Both the position numbers and the translations under genes were made by a program. Of a stretch of DNA of 64,000 nucleotides, positions 41,028 to 50,039 are shown piece after piece. The DNA comes from an uncultured Jatrophihabitantaceae bacterium (GTDB lineage: Bacteria; Actinomycetota; Actinomycetes; Mycobacteriales; Jatrophihabitantaceae): contig CAXSBR010000002.1 in the NCBI GenBank assembly GCA_964236495.1, forward strand, positions 54,471-118,470, given 5' to 3'. Below the pieces are notes generated by a model that had not been told where the DNA came from, searched no databases, and worked only from the letters and a program-made list of their open reading frames with translations. The first letter of the stretch is position 1; every line of letters begins with the position of its first letter.

Positions 41028-42209
41028 AGCGACGAATGGCGGCTTGACTACGCGGGCGGGGATCCGCCGACCGCGCACGTCGAGCTCGACGGTGTCCTGG
41101 GCGCTCAACCCGGCCGCGGCATCGATCAGGGCCAGCCCGATGCCACATTTCAGCGTCGGCGAGAACGTGCCCGACGTCAGCACACCGACCGGCGATCCGC
41201 CCGCGTCCAGCACTGTGTCGTGCGCTCGCGCGATGCCCCGGCCCATCACCTGCACGCCCCACAGCGTGCGCTGCGGACCGGCCGCCCGCTCAGCTGTGAG
41301 GGCCGCCCGGCCCCAGAACTCCGCCTTGTTCCAGCCGACGGCCCAGCCCGCGCGAGCCTGGACGGCGGTGATCGACATCGAGAGGTCCTGCCCGTGCAGC
41401 GGATATCCCATCTCGGTGCGCAGCGTGTCCCGCGCGCCGAGACCCGCGGGCCGACCGCCGAACTCGGCTACCGCCGCCGCGAGCGCGTCCCACACCGCAC
41501 CGGCGTCCTGCCAGCGTGGAACCAGCTCGTAGCCGTGCTCGCCGGTGTAGCCGGTGCGGCAGATCCGCACCGGCCGGCCGTCGAAGTCGCCGTCGAGGTA
41601 CGCCATATAGGCAAGATCGGCAGTGTCGGCAGAATCCATCGCACGGTCGGCGCCGGTGAGCAATCCGAGGCGCTCGAGCACGTCGCGAGATCGAGGGCCT
41701 TGCACGGCGAGCACGCCGTAGTCCTCGTGCCGGTCGCGCACCTCGATTCCCGGCGGCGCAGCGGCGCTGAGCCGGCGCACCACCTGCGCGGTGTTTGCCG
41801 CGTTGGGTACGAGAAAGACCTCGATGTCCGAGACGAGGTAGGCGATCAGATCGTCAACGGTTCCGCCGGCCCAATCGTCGCAGCACAGCGTGTACTGCGC
41901 CTGACCGGCAGATATCCGGTCGAGGTCGTTGCTCAGGCACCGGTTCAGGAACTGACGCGCACTCTGCCCGTCGATAGACGTGCCGGTGACGTCGGCCTTG
42001 CCCAGATGGGAGACGTCGAACAGGCCGACCGCGTTACGCACCGCGGCGTGTTCGGCCAGTACGCCACCGCCGGCGTACTCGATCGGCATCGACCAGCCGC
42101 CGAAGTCAGCCATCTTGGCGCCCAGAACGAGGTGGCGGTCGTGCAGCGGCGACCGGCGCGGGCCGGTGCTGCCAGTGCTGTGCGACGAGTGCGCGGTCAT
42201 GGCGGGCAC
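41013..42209 (-). CDS. gcvT: glycine cleavage system aminomethyltransferase T
   Basis: The protein reads [23 protein letters not shown]...FDVSHLGK...[12 protein letters not shown]. The start is GTG at 42209 or ATG at 42200. Its 3' end overlaps cobT by 15 bp. Confidence 0.9.
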   Translation of the reverse strand: MPAMTAHSSHSTGSTGPRRSPLHDRHLVLGAKMADFGGWSMPIEYAGGGVLAEHAAVRNAVGLFDVSHLGKADVTGTSIDGQSARQFLNRCLSNDLDRISAGQAQYTLCCDDWAGGTVDDLIAYLVSDIEVFLVPNAANTAQVVRRLSAAAPPGIEVRDRHEDYGVLAVQGPRSRDVLERLGLLTGADRAMDSADTADLAYMAYLDGDFDGRPVRICRTGYTGEHGYELVPRWQDAGAVWDALAAAVAEFGGRPAGLGARDTLRTEMGYPLHGQDLSMSITAVQARAGWAVGWNKAEFWGRAALTAERAAGPQRTLWGVQVMGRGIARAHDTVLDAGGSPVGVLTSGTFSPTLKCGIGLALIDAAAGLSAQDTVELDVRGRRIPARVVKPPFVASHVR

Positions 42210-42290
42210 GCTAGCGCGTAGCCATGAAGCGCGACGTCGACTGCCCGGCGCGAGACGCTGGGCTGGGCGACGCCGGCCGACGCCAGGCAG

Positions 42291-42875
42291 CTACAACGAA
42301 CGCAGATACCGCTCGGTCGCCGCGGACTGCACGAGTGAACCGACCGGGCCGGCCACTCGGGTCAGCAACGTGCCCGGGCGCGAGAACGCGGTGATGGTGA
42401 ACACGATGGAGCCGTCGTCGGCGCGGTGCAGCGCGAACGCCTCCTCACCGATCTCCGGATGTCCGGGCAGCGTGCCGTAGGCGAACGCGCAGAAATTGGC
42501 CTGCCGGTCGAGATAGACCACCCGTACCGGCGCACGGACCGAGACCCGACCGAGCCCGAAGCTGAGCACGCCGACACTGCCTTGGGCGATGACGGCCGAC
42601 GAGACGCGCACGCGCAGGCCGGCTCGATCGGGCACCTGCCAACTCAGCAGTGCTTCGACGGCCGATGCCCAGGTGGTTTTGGCATCCAGCCGGCGGCTGC
42701 GGCTCAGGTGCCGGTAGCCCGCAGGCAGCGTCGACGATGGCCGCGCGCCGGTGGCCCCATCGCCGACGCGAATGGCGTCGGCATCGCCGGCGCGAGTAGC
42801 GCCGACTTCGGAGTACGTCAGCGGCGCCGCCTCCAGTGACCCAACCTCCGCTGACGCAAGCAGGCGCACTGTCAT
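42291..42875 (-). CDS. DUF1990 family protein
   Basis: ATG at 42875, 194 aa. LTYSEVGAT...AGYRHL...FAYGTLPGHPEIGEEAF is typical of DUF1990. Confidence 0.75.
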   Translation of the reverse strand: MTVRLLASAEVGSLEAAPLTYSEVGATRAGDADAIRVGDGATGARPSSTLPAGYRHLSRSRRLDAKTTWASAVEALLSWQVPDRAGLRVRVSSAVIAQGSVGVLSFGLGRVSVRAPVRVVYLDRQANFCAFAYGTLPGHPEIGEEAFALHRADDGSIVFTITAFSRPGTLLTRVAGPVGSLVQSAATERYLRSL

Positions 42876-42971
42876 GCATCGATCCTGACATCCCGAGGTC
42901 CCGGTGTCGTGAACAGGTCGGTCCTGCGTCCATCTCGCGCCGCTTGACAGGTGCTGCGTACCGTCGCCGCC

Positions 42972-44534
42972 ATGTCTGCTACCCGGCCCACTCGGTCCCG
43001 GCCCGTCCTCACCGTGCTTGCGCCCGACGCGCGCCCTGCGACCGGCGTGCTGATCGTCGCCACACACGCCGTAGACGGAGTCGCGGTGCCCGCCGCCGGC
43101 TCGGCACCCGCAGACGACGCGCTCGGTGGCCGGCTGAGCGACGCCCTGCGGGCCGCCCGGGCAACCGGCGCCGCCGAGGAGATCGTACGAATTCCTGTGC
43201 TGGGCGGCGCCGCCTCGTCGGTGCCGTCGGACGGAACTGGGCCCAGCGGACCAGAGTTAGTGGTTGCGGTCGGCTTGGGCACCGAGGTGGATGGCGGGCC
43301 GGACCAGGAGGTCGTGCGCCGCGCGGTCGGGGCAGCGGTCCGCTCGCTGGCCGGAGCGGACACCGTCACCCTCGGCGTCGGCGACCCGAATGACGTGTCC
43401 ACGACCTCCGCCGCGGTCGAGGGCGCCGCGCTGGGCAGCTACGCGTTCACCGACTACAAGTCCGCGCCCGGTCCGACGCCGGTGGCCACCATCCGGGTGC
43501 TCGCGGCCGACACGGCCGAATTACAGGCCGAACTGAAGCGGATCACAGTGGTGGCCGGCGCGGTGGCGACCGTGCGCGATCAGGTGAACCTGGCACCGGC
43601 GCAGCTCTACCCGGAGTCGTTCGCCCAGCTCGCTGCGCAGGCCGCCGAGCAGGCCGGCTGCGAGGTGGAGATCCTCGACGAGGCCGCCTTGGCCGAGGGC
43701 GGCTACGGCGGCTTGCTGGGCGTGGGCGCAGGGTCGTCGCACCCGCCCCGACTGGTCCGCATCAGCTACCGGCCGTCCAACGCCCGGACCAAGGTCGCCC
43801 TGGTGGGCAAGGGCATCACCTTCGACAGCGGCGGCTACAACCTCAAGGTGCCGAACCCGGTCACCATGAAGTGCGACATGGCCGGCGCGGCCGTGGTGAT
43901 GGCCGCCGTCGTCGCCGCAGCAGGACTGGAACTGCCGGTCGAGGTCACTGCCTACGCAGCACTCGCGCAGAACATGATCTCGGGCAGCGCGTACCTGCCC
44001 TCGGACGTGCTCACCATCCGCGGCGGCACCACCGTCGAGGTCGCCAACACCGATGCCGAGGGCCGTCTCGTCCTCGCTGACGCCATCGTGCGCGCCACCG
44101 AGGACAAGCCGGACTACCTGGTCGAGATCTCGACGCTCACCGGCGCGCAGGTAATCGCATTGGGACCGCAGACGGCCGGGGTCATGGGCTCGACGCAGCT
44201 GCGCGAACAGATGGTGCGCGTCGCCGGCGCCGTAGGCGAGTCGATGTGGCCGATGCCGCTCCTGCCCGAACTGCGCGCCGGCCTGGACTCCCCCGTCGCA
44301 GATCTGCGCAACGTCGCACCTGACCGGGCCGGCGGCATGGTGCGCGCTGGGCTGTTCCTGGCGGAGTTCGTTCCCGACGCATTGCCGTGGGTGCATCTGG
44401 ACATTGCCGGACCAGCCTGGAACGACGGCGCCGCCCGCGGCTACACGCCGACCGGCGGTACCGGCTACGGCCTGCGCTCGATCGTCGCGCTGCTGGGTGA
44501 GCTCAGCGCCGGGGCTCCGGCGGCCGAGATGTGA
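42972..44534 (+). CDS. pepA: leucyl aminopeptidase (M17)
   Basis: The protein has VGKGITFDSGGYNLK and NTDAEGRLVLADA motifs. I use the ATG at 42972, though a GTG at 42951 is possible. Confidence 0.9.
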   Translation: MSATRPTRSRPVLTVLAPDARPATGVLIVATHAVDGVAVPAAGSAPADDALGGRLSDALRAARATGAAEEIVRIPVLGGAASSVPSDGTGPSGPELVVAVGLGTEVDGGPDQEVVRRAVGAAVRSLAGADTVTLGVGDPNDVSTTSAAVEGAALGSYAFTDYKSAPGPTPVATIRVLAADTAELQAELKRITVVAGAVATVRDQVNLAPAQLYPESFAQLAAQAAEQAGCEVEILDEAALAEGGYGGLLGVGAGSSHPPRLVRISYRPSNARTKVALVGKGITFDSGGYNLKVPNPVTMKCDMAGAAVVMAAVVAAAGLELPVEVTAYAALAQNMISGSAYLPSDVLTIRGGTTVEVANTDAEGRLVLADAIVRATEDKPDYLVEISTLTGAQVIALGPQTAGVMGSTQLREQMVRVAGAVGESMWPMPLLPELRAGLDSPVADLRNVAPDRAGGMVRAGLFLAEFVPDALPWVHLDIAGPAWNDGAARGYTPTGGTGYGLRSIVALLGELSAGAPAAEM

Positions 44535-45126
44535 ACGCGTCCGACGCGCGCACCTGCTCCTCGGCGTCGGCCATCCGCCGCCACAGGCTGCGATACGCCC
44601 GTCGGCGCAGCCGTTCGGTGTTCGACGCCACCCAGGCGCACAGGATCGCCAGTGGAAGCTCGAGCAGCACGGCCGACAGGCAGGCCTCCATCCGAGCGGT
44701 GGACGTGGCCGCTGACGTCACGTCCATCCAGGCGTCGGTCACCAGCAGCACTGCTGCGACGGTGGCCAGTGGCTCGGTCCAGGTGGAGCGGCGGTGTGCG
44801 GCCAGGGCGGTTCCGCTCAGAGCCGCGAACATCGCCGTGTCGAAGCCGACCCACGTCAGCGCGTAGTGCGCCGAACGCGCATGGTTGGGCAGATCGAAGG
44901 CCAGATAGACGATCCAGGGAGCCAGGCCGAGTGCACACACGGCTGCCAACACGCCGAACCACCCGGGTAGGGGAAGCGCGCCCGGCGTCAGTGGATCACC
45001 GGTGACCGGGCTGGCGTTGACGTGTGCCGCGTCGGGCGCGGTGACGTGTACTGCCTCCGGCGGGTTGGCATGTGCCGTTTGCGGCAGGTCGAGCTGTGCC
45101 GCGTCCGGCTGGTCGGTCTGGGCCAC
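44503..45126 (-). CDS. hypothetical integral membrane protein
   Basis: 207 aa with four predicted TM helices after a repetitive Pro/Ala/His N-terminus. No family recognised. Its 3' end overlaps pepA by 32 bp and the start is uncertain. Confidence 0.5.
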   Translation of the reverse strand: MAQTDQPDAAQLDLPQTAHANPPEAVHVTAPDAAHVNASPVTGDPLTPGALPLPGWFGVLAAVCALGLAPWIVYLAFDLPNHARSAHYALTWVGFDTAMFAALSGTALAAHRRSTWTEPLATVAAVLLVTDAWMDVTSAATSTARMEACLSAVLLELPLAILCAWVASNTERLRRRAYRSLWRRMADAEEQVRASDAFTSRPPEPRR

Positions 45127-45382
45127 TGCACCATCACCTCATAGAGCAGATATCTCCCGCGCCGCGATCGCGCTCGCGGCGCTGGCATGAGTAACCGGCG
45201 GCACGAACGACGCCTGGGAGCACCTGCATTCCCGCGAACGCGTGAACAATGCCAAGATGGAACGGTTTCCACGGTACGTGCCTGCGGTGTTGTGACTTGG
45301 TGATGCGTCGGCCCCGGTGTGGGCGTCACAACGATTCCTCGGGCGCGCCCGAACGGACACCGACGCGCCGATCCGCGCAAGC

Positions 45383-45516
45383 GACACAGCACCTGAATGA
45401 CACAGCGCACGAAATGACACAGCGCACGAAATGACACAGCGCACCAAATGACACAGCGCACTGAATGACACAGCGCCACCTACATGACAGAGCACCCAAG
45501 TGACACAGCAAACTTG
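45383..45516 (+). repeat. 17-bp tandem direct repeat, 8 copies (GACACAGCGCACGAAAT)
   Basis: Read directly, units start at 45383, 45399, 45416, 45433, 45450, 45467, 45486 and 45502. The central copies are near identical and the array ends 31 nt before the lpd GTG. Confidence 0.9.
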
Positions 45517-45546
45517 GATACAGACAGACTGAGGAGACATCAACTC

Positions 45547-46926
45547 GTGAGCGAGACGCAGGCCGACGTAGTCATTCTCGGCGCCGGCAGTGGCGGCTAC
45601 GCCGCTGCATTGCGCGCCGCTGAGCTCGGCCTGAGCGTGGTGCTGGTCGAGAAGGCCGAGGTGGGCGGAACCTGCCTGCACCGCGGCTGTATTCCGACCA
45701 AGGCGCTGCTGCACGCCGCCGAGGTCGCCGACAGCTCGCGCGAAAGTGAGACCTTCGGCGTCAAGACCTCCTTCGAGGGCATCGACATGGTCGGGGTCAA
45801 CAAATACAAGGACGGCGTCGTCGGCGGGCTGTACAAGGGACTGCAGGGGCTCATCAAGAGCCGTGGCATCAACGTCATTCAGGGCGACGGCCGACTGAGC
45901 GCGCCCAACACCGTGTCGGTGGGCGAGGACGCCTACGTCGGCAAGTCGGTCATTCTCGCGACCGGCTCGTACGCCCGCACCCTTCCCGGACTGGAGATCG
46001 ACGGCCGGCGGGTGATCACTTCGGATCAGGCACTCAGGCTCGAGTCGGTGCCGGCCTCGGTTGTCGTGCTGGGCGGCGGCGTCATCGGCAGCGAGTTCGC
46101 CAGCGTCTGGAAGTCCTTCGGCGCCGACGTCACGATCGTCGAGGCGCTGCCGCACCTGGTGCCGTTGGAGGACGAGGACAGTTCCAAGTTGTTGGAGCGC
46201 GCGTTCCGCCGTCGCGGTATCAAGCAGAAGCTGGGCGCCCGCTTCGCCGGGGTGGAAACGTCGGAAACCGGCGTTCGAGTCAGTTTGGAGAGCGGTGAGA
46301 CGCTGGAAGCCGAGCTGCTTCTGGTCGCGGTAGGACGCGGCCCGACATCAGACGGTTTGGGTTATGCCGAGGCCGGAGTCACGATGGAGCGCGGCTTCAT
46401 ACCGGTGGACGAGTTCTGCCGCACCACGGTGCCGGGCGTCTACGCCGTCGGTGATCTGATTCCCACCCTGCAGTTGGCGCATGTCGGCTTCGCCGAGGGC
46501 ATCCTGGTGGCCGAGCACATTGCCGGACTGCCGGTCGTCCCGATCGACTACGCCGGCGTTCCGCGCATCACCTACTCCGATCCCGAGGTCGCCTCCGTCG
46601 GTTTCACCGAGGCCCAGGCGATCGAGCGGTACGGCGCAGACAAGCTCAAGACGTACACCTACGACCTCGCCGGCAACGGCCGCAGCCAGATCCTCAAGAC
46701 CAAGGGTGCGGTCAAGCTGATCTCGGTCGTCGACGGACCGGTGATCGGTGTGCACATGGTGGGCGCCCGGGTGGGCGAACTGATTGCCGAAGCCGAACTG
46801 ATCTACAACTGGGAAGCGCTGCCCAGTGACGTCGCTGTGCTGCTGCACCCGCACCCCACCCAGTCCGAGGCGCTCGGTGAGGCGCACATGGCGCTGGCCG
46901 GCAAGCCGTTGCACGTGCACGACTGA
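45547..46926 (+). CDS. lpdA: dihydrolipoyl dehydrogenase (E3)
   Basis: GTG at 45547 with GAGGAG ten nt upstream. The protein has DVVILGAGSGGY, the redox centre GGTCLHRGCIPTK, and a C-terminal HPHPTQSE. The ATG at 45484 lies inside the repeat array and is rejected. Confidence 0.9.
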   Translation: MSETQADVVILGAGSGGYAAALRAAELGLSVVLVEKAEVGGTCLHRGCIPTKALLHAAEVADSSRESETFGVKTSFEGIDMVGVNKYKDGVVGGLYKGLQGLIKSRGINVIQGDGRLSAPNTVSVGEDAYVGKSVILATGSYARTLPGLEIDGRRVITSDQALRLESVPASVVVLGGGVIGSEFASVWKSFGADVTIVEALPHLVPLEDEDSSKLLERAFRRRGIKQKLGARFAGVETSETGVRVSLESGETLEAELLLVAVGRGPTSDGLGYAEAGVTMERGFIPVDEFCRTTVPGVYAVGDLIPTLQLAHVGFAEGILVAEHIAGLPVVPIDYAGVPRITYSDPEVASVGFTEAQAIERYGADKLKTYTYDLAGNGRSQILKTKGAVKLISVVDGPVIGVHMVGARVGELIAEAELIYNWEALPSDVAVLLHPHPTQSEALGEAHMALAGKPLHVHD

Positions 46927-47010
46927 GCCCGCCGCGCGGCGCCACATACCGTCTGCCGGGAACCCACCTGCGGGCGACGTAATTCAGCCAGCATCGATCG
47001 AGGAGTAACG

Positions 47011-48828
47011 ATGAGCGTCTCTGTGACCATGCCCCGCCTGGGCGAGAGTGTCACCGAAGGAACCGTCACCCGCTGGCTGAAAGCCGAGGGCGAGCGCGTC
47101 GAGCTCGACGAACCGCTGCTCGAGGTGTCCACGGACAAGGTCGACACCGAGGTTCCCTCACCGGCAGCCGGCATCGTGCAGTCGATCAAGGTGGCCGAGG
47201 ACGAGACCGTCGACATCGGTGTGGAGCTGGCGATCATCGGCGACGGCGCACAACCGGCTGCTGCCGACGCCCCCCAATCCGACAGCGGCGGGTCAGGCGA
47301 GGTTGACGCCTCAGCGGCCGATGTCTCCGCAGCTGATGCCTCCGCGGCTGATGCCTCAGCGTCAGAGGCCCCAGCGGCGGATGCTCCGGTGGCTGATGCC
47401 CCAGTGGCCGATGCCGGGTCGAACGGCCCGGTGCTGACCGACCCGGTAGCCGATGTCGTGGCCGATGCTGCGGTGGAACAGCAGCCCAGTGACTCCGACG
47501 CTCCCGCGCAGACCGCTGACGACATCGCCCCGGCCGACGGCACCGCACCCGAGCCCACGCCTCCCCCGCAGGCCGCCGCGCAGCAGCCTGCACAGGCACC
47601 GGAGGCCTTGGCAGAGTCCGGGACTGCGGCCGAGGAGGACGACGAACCAGCCGGCGCCTACGTCACCCCGTTGGTGCGCAAGCTGGCCAGCCAACACAAC
47701 GTCGACCTGTCCTCGGTGCAGGGCAGCGGCGTCGGTGGCCGCATCCGCAAGTCCGATGTGCTTGCCGCCGCGGACAAGGCAACGGGTGCAACGAGCGCCG
47801 CATCGACGGCAGCAAACGGCGCAAGCTCCGCACCGACCGCGGCGGCGGCGGCGGCGGCGCCTGCACCTACTGCACCCACTGCACCAACCGCACCCACGGC
47901 CACTCCGGAGTCCGCCATCGCAGCGCAGCAAGCACTGCAGCCGGCTCAGCCATCAGCCCCAACGCCTGCGCCTGCGGCCACCTCGGCGCCGGCCTCAGCC
48001 CCTCCGACTGCGCCGACAGCGCCGACTGCGACGACAGCGACGACAGCGCCGACAGCGCCGACTTCTCAGCCGGAGCCGGCGGCAACGCCCGCCGCCGGCA
48101 CCGCGCGGGGACGCACCGAGAAGCTGTCTCGGCGTCGCGCCCTCATCGCCGCGCGGATGATCGAGTCGCTGCAGACCTCGGCGCAGCTCACCACGGTGGT
48201 CGAGGTGGACGTCACCCGCATCGCTCGGCTGCGCGCCACCGCCAAAGCCGGCTTCGAAGCCCGCGAAGGCGTGAAGCTGACGTTCCTGCCGTTCTTCGCG
48301 CTGGCCACTGTGGAGGCGCTGCGGGTCCACCCCGGCATCAACGCCTCGATCGACACCGCGGCCGGCACGGTGACCTACCACGACGGAGTCAATCTCGGTA
48401 TCGCAGTGGACACTGACTCCGGCCTGGTCGTACCCGTCATCCAAAGCGCCGGGGACCTGAACCTCGGTGGCCTGGCGCGCAAGATCGCCGACTTGGCCAC
48501 GCGCACGCGCACCAACAAGATCGGTCCGGACGAGCTCAGCGGCGCGACGTTCAGCATCACCAACACCGGCAGCCGCGGCGCGCTGTTCGACACGCCGATC
48601 TTCACGCCGCCGCAGGTCGCGATCCTGGGAACCGGTGCGGTGGTCAAGCGCGCCGTTGTCGTCAGTGACCCTGACATCGGCGAGACGATCGCGGTCCGGT
48701 CGATGCTGTATCTGGCGCTGTCCTACGACCACCAGATCGTCGACGGTGCCGACGCCGCCCGATTCCTTGGCACCATCAAGGAACGGCTGGAGGGCGGTGC
48801 CTTCGAGAACGCGCTGGGCCTGGGCTGA
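47011..48828 (+). CDS. sucB: dihydrolipoamide acyltransferase E2 (DlaT/SucB), single lipoyl domain
   Basis: The lipoyl site EVSTDKVDTEV, the PSBD segment VTPLVRKLA..GSGVGGRIRK, and the catalytic DHQIVDGA are all present. Two long Ala/Asp/Pro repeat linkers separate the domains. Confidence 0.9.
   Translation: MSVSVTMPRLGESVTEGTVTRWLKAEGERVELDEPLLEVSTDKVDTEVPSPAAGIVQSIKVAEDETVDIGVELAIIGDGAQPAAADAPQSDSGGSGEVDASAADVSAADASAADASASEAPAADAPVADAPVADAGSNGPVLTDPVADVVADAAVEQQPSDSDAPAQTADDIAPADGTAPEPTPPPQAAAQQPAQAPEALAESGTAAEEDDEPAGAYVTPLVRKLASQHNVDLSSVQGSGVGGRIRKSDVLAAADKATGATSAASTAANGASSAPTAAAAAAAPAPTAPTAPTAPTATPESAIAAQQALQPAQPSAPTPAPAATSAPASAPPTAPTAPTATTATTAPTAPTSQPEPAATPAAGTARGRTEKLSRRRALIAARMIESLQTSAQLTTVVEVDVTRIARLRATAKAGFEAREGVKLTFLPFFALATVEALRVHPGINASIDTAAGTVTYHDGVNLGIAVDTDSGLVVPVIQSAGDLNLGGLARKIADLATRTRTNKIGPDELSGATFSITNTGSRGALFDTPIFTPPQVAILGTGAVVKRAVVVSDPDIGETIAVRSMLYLALSYDHQIVDGADAARFLGTIKERLEGGAFENALGLG
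47305..47415 (+). repeat. 15-bp in-frame tandem repeat, about 7 copies, in the E2 linker
   Basis: Units of the form GATGCCTCCGCGGCT start at 47305, 47320, 47335, 47350, 47365, 47380 and 47395. They encode DASAADVSAADASAADASASEAPAADAPVADAPVADA. Confidence 0.8.
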
Positions 48829-48954
48829 GAGGCAGCGCCGCGGACTTGCCCTCTGGCGGTGCCGGCGACCGTGCCGGCCGGCCTGTGCCGTCGGCATCCA
48901 CTGAACCGTGATCCCTGTGGCTCGCGAGCGTCCTGACCTTTTGCACCTTCTAAG

Positions 48955-49068
48955 CCCCGAGCACACCCTCTGACTCCCCAGCACCCCTCTAGCTCCGAGC
49001 ACCATCTGACTCCCTATACCCCCTTTGACTCCCGAGCACCCCCCTCTGATCCACTAGCACCTGAAAGC
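48955..49068 (+). repeat. degenerate 17-21 bp tandem repeat, 6 copies, C-rich and G-poor (CCCGAGCACCCCTCTGACT)
   Basis: Units start at 48955, 48976, 48995, 49012, 49031 and 49051. The array ends 12 nt before the ATG at 49081. Confidence 0.7.
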
Positions 49069-49080
49069 AGGTTCTGCGCA

Positions 49081-49971
49081 ATGCTGGTAGTACTCAACGG
49101 AGCGTCGGGCCTCATCGGGTCGGCTCTCAAGTCTCGGCTGCTCGGAAACGGCCATCAGTTGCGAGTGCTCGTTCGTCGGGCGCCGACGACGGCGGACGAG
49201 CGGCAGTGGAACCCCGCCGCCGGCGAGCTGGATGCCGCGCATCTGGCCGGCGCCGACGCGGTAATCAACCTTTCTGGTGCGGGCGTCGGCGACCATCGCT
49301 GGACCGACGCCTACAAACAGACCATCCTCGACAGCCGCCTGCAGCCGACGCGACTGCTTGCCAGCACTCTTCAGGACCTTGGCCCGCAGGCGCCTGCGGT
49401 ACTGCTGTCCGCGTCTGCCGTGGGGTATTACGGAGACACCCGCGACCACGTCGTCGACGAGAGCGCGGCAGCAGGTTCGGGGTTCCTCGCCGACGTGTGC
49501 CGCCAGTGGGAGGGTGCGACGGCTGCCGCGCAGGGCACCACCCGGGTGGTTCATCTACGCACCGGGTTGGTGCTGTCGTGCGCCGGTGGCCTGCTGCTGC
49601 GACTACGTCGCCTCGTCGACCTGGGCGCCGGCGGCCCGCTGGGATCGGGACGTCAGTACCAGCCGTGGATCTCCATCGACGACCAGGTCGGGGCGATGGA
49701 GTTCCTTCTGGAGTCAGCCGTCCGTGGGCCGGTGAATTTGACCGGCCCCGACCCGGTGACCCAGAAGCACCTGATCCAGACGCTGGCGCGCGTCCGCTCC
49801 CGCCCGGCCATAGTGCCGGCGCCGGCGTTCGCGCTCCGACTCGCATTAGGGCAGTTCGCCGACGAGGGAGTGCTGACCGGGCAACGGGCCGTACCCGCGG
49901 TGCTGTCGGCGGCGGGATACAAGTTCGTCCATCCGACGCTGGAAGGCGCATTGCGCGCGGCGCTCGCCTGA
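49081..49971 (+). CDS. TIGR01777-family NAD-dependent epimerase/dehydratase-like protein (Rv2216 family)
   Basis: 296 aa. LNGASGLIGSAL is a Rossmann motif and the C-terminal region is DUF1731-like. Synteny places it after dlaT. Confidence 0.85.
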   Translation: MLVVLNGASGLIGSALKSRLLGNGHQLRVLVRRAPTTADERQWNPAAGELDAAHLAGADAVINLSGAGVGDHRWTDAYKQTILDSRLQPTRLLASTLQDLGPQAPAVLLSASAVGYYGDTRDHVVDESAAAGSGFLADVCRQWEGATAAAQGTTRVVHLRTGLVLSCAGGLLLRLRRLVDLGAGGPLGSGRQYQPWISIDDQVGAMEFLLESAVRGPVNLTGPDPVTQKHLIQTLARVRSRPAIVPAPAFALRLALGQFADEGVLTGQRAVPAVLSAAGYKFVHPTLEGALRAALA

Positions 49972-50039
49972 GCCGTTCGCGCTCGATCAATGCGCGGTGC
50001 GGTACGCGCCCTCTCGGGCCGGTGCCGTGCTGGGCCGGC

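Noticed and set aside
42210-42290. Possible glycine riboswitch upstream of gcvT
   Set aside because: The gap is 81 nt with no GGAGAG...CACCGAAGGGGCAA-type elements on the minus strand. gcvT is probably co-transcribed with the DUF1990 gene.
45288-45331. Inverted repeat GTTGTGAC-N28-GTCACAAC as a CRP/GlxR-type site
   Set aside because: CRP-family sites have TGTGA-N6-TCACA spacing, and a 28-nt spacer is incompatible. It may be only a weak hairpin.
45383-45516. Interpretation of the 17-bp array, and of the other arrays, as CRISPR
   Set aside because: The units are directly adjacent with no unique spacers, the periods (8-77 bp) and unit lengths do not fit CRISPR repeats, and no cas genes are present.
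45484-45546. ATG at 45484 as the lpd start (ORF track)
   Set aside because: These 21 extra codons lie inside the 17-bp repeat array and have no counterpart in Lpd proteins. The GTG at 45547 has a GAGGAG SD and gives the canonical N-terminus preceding the GxGxxG motif.
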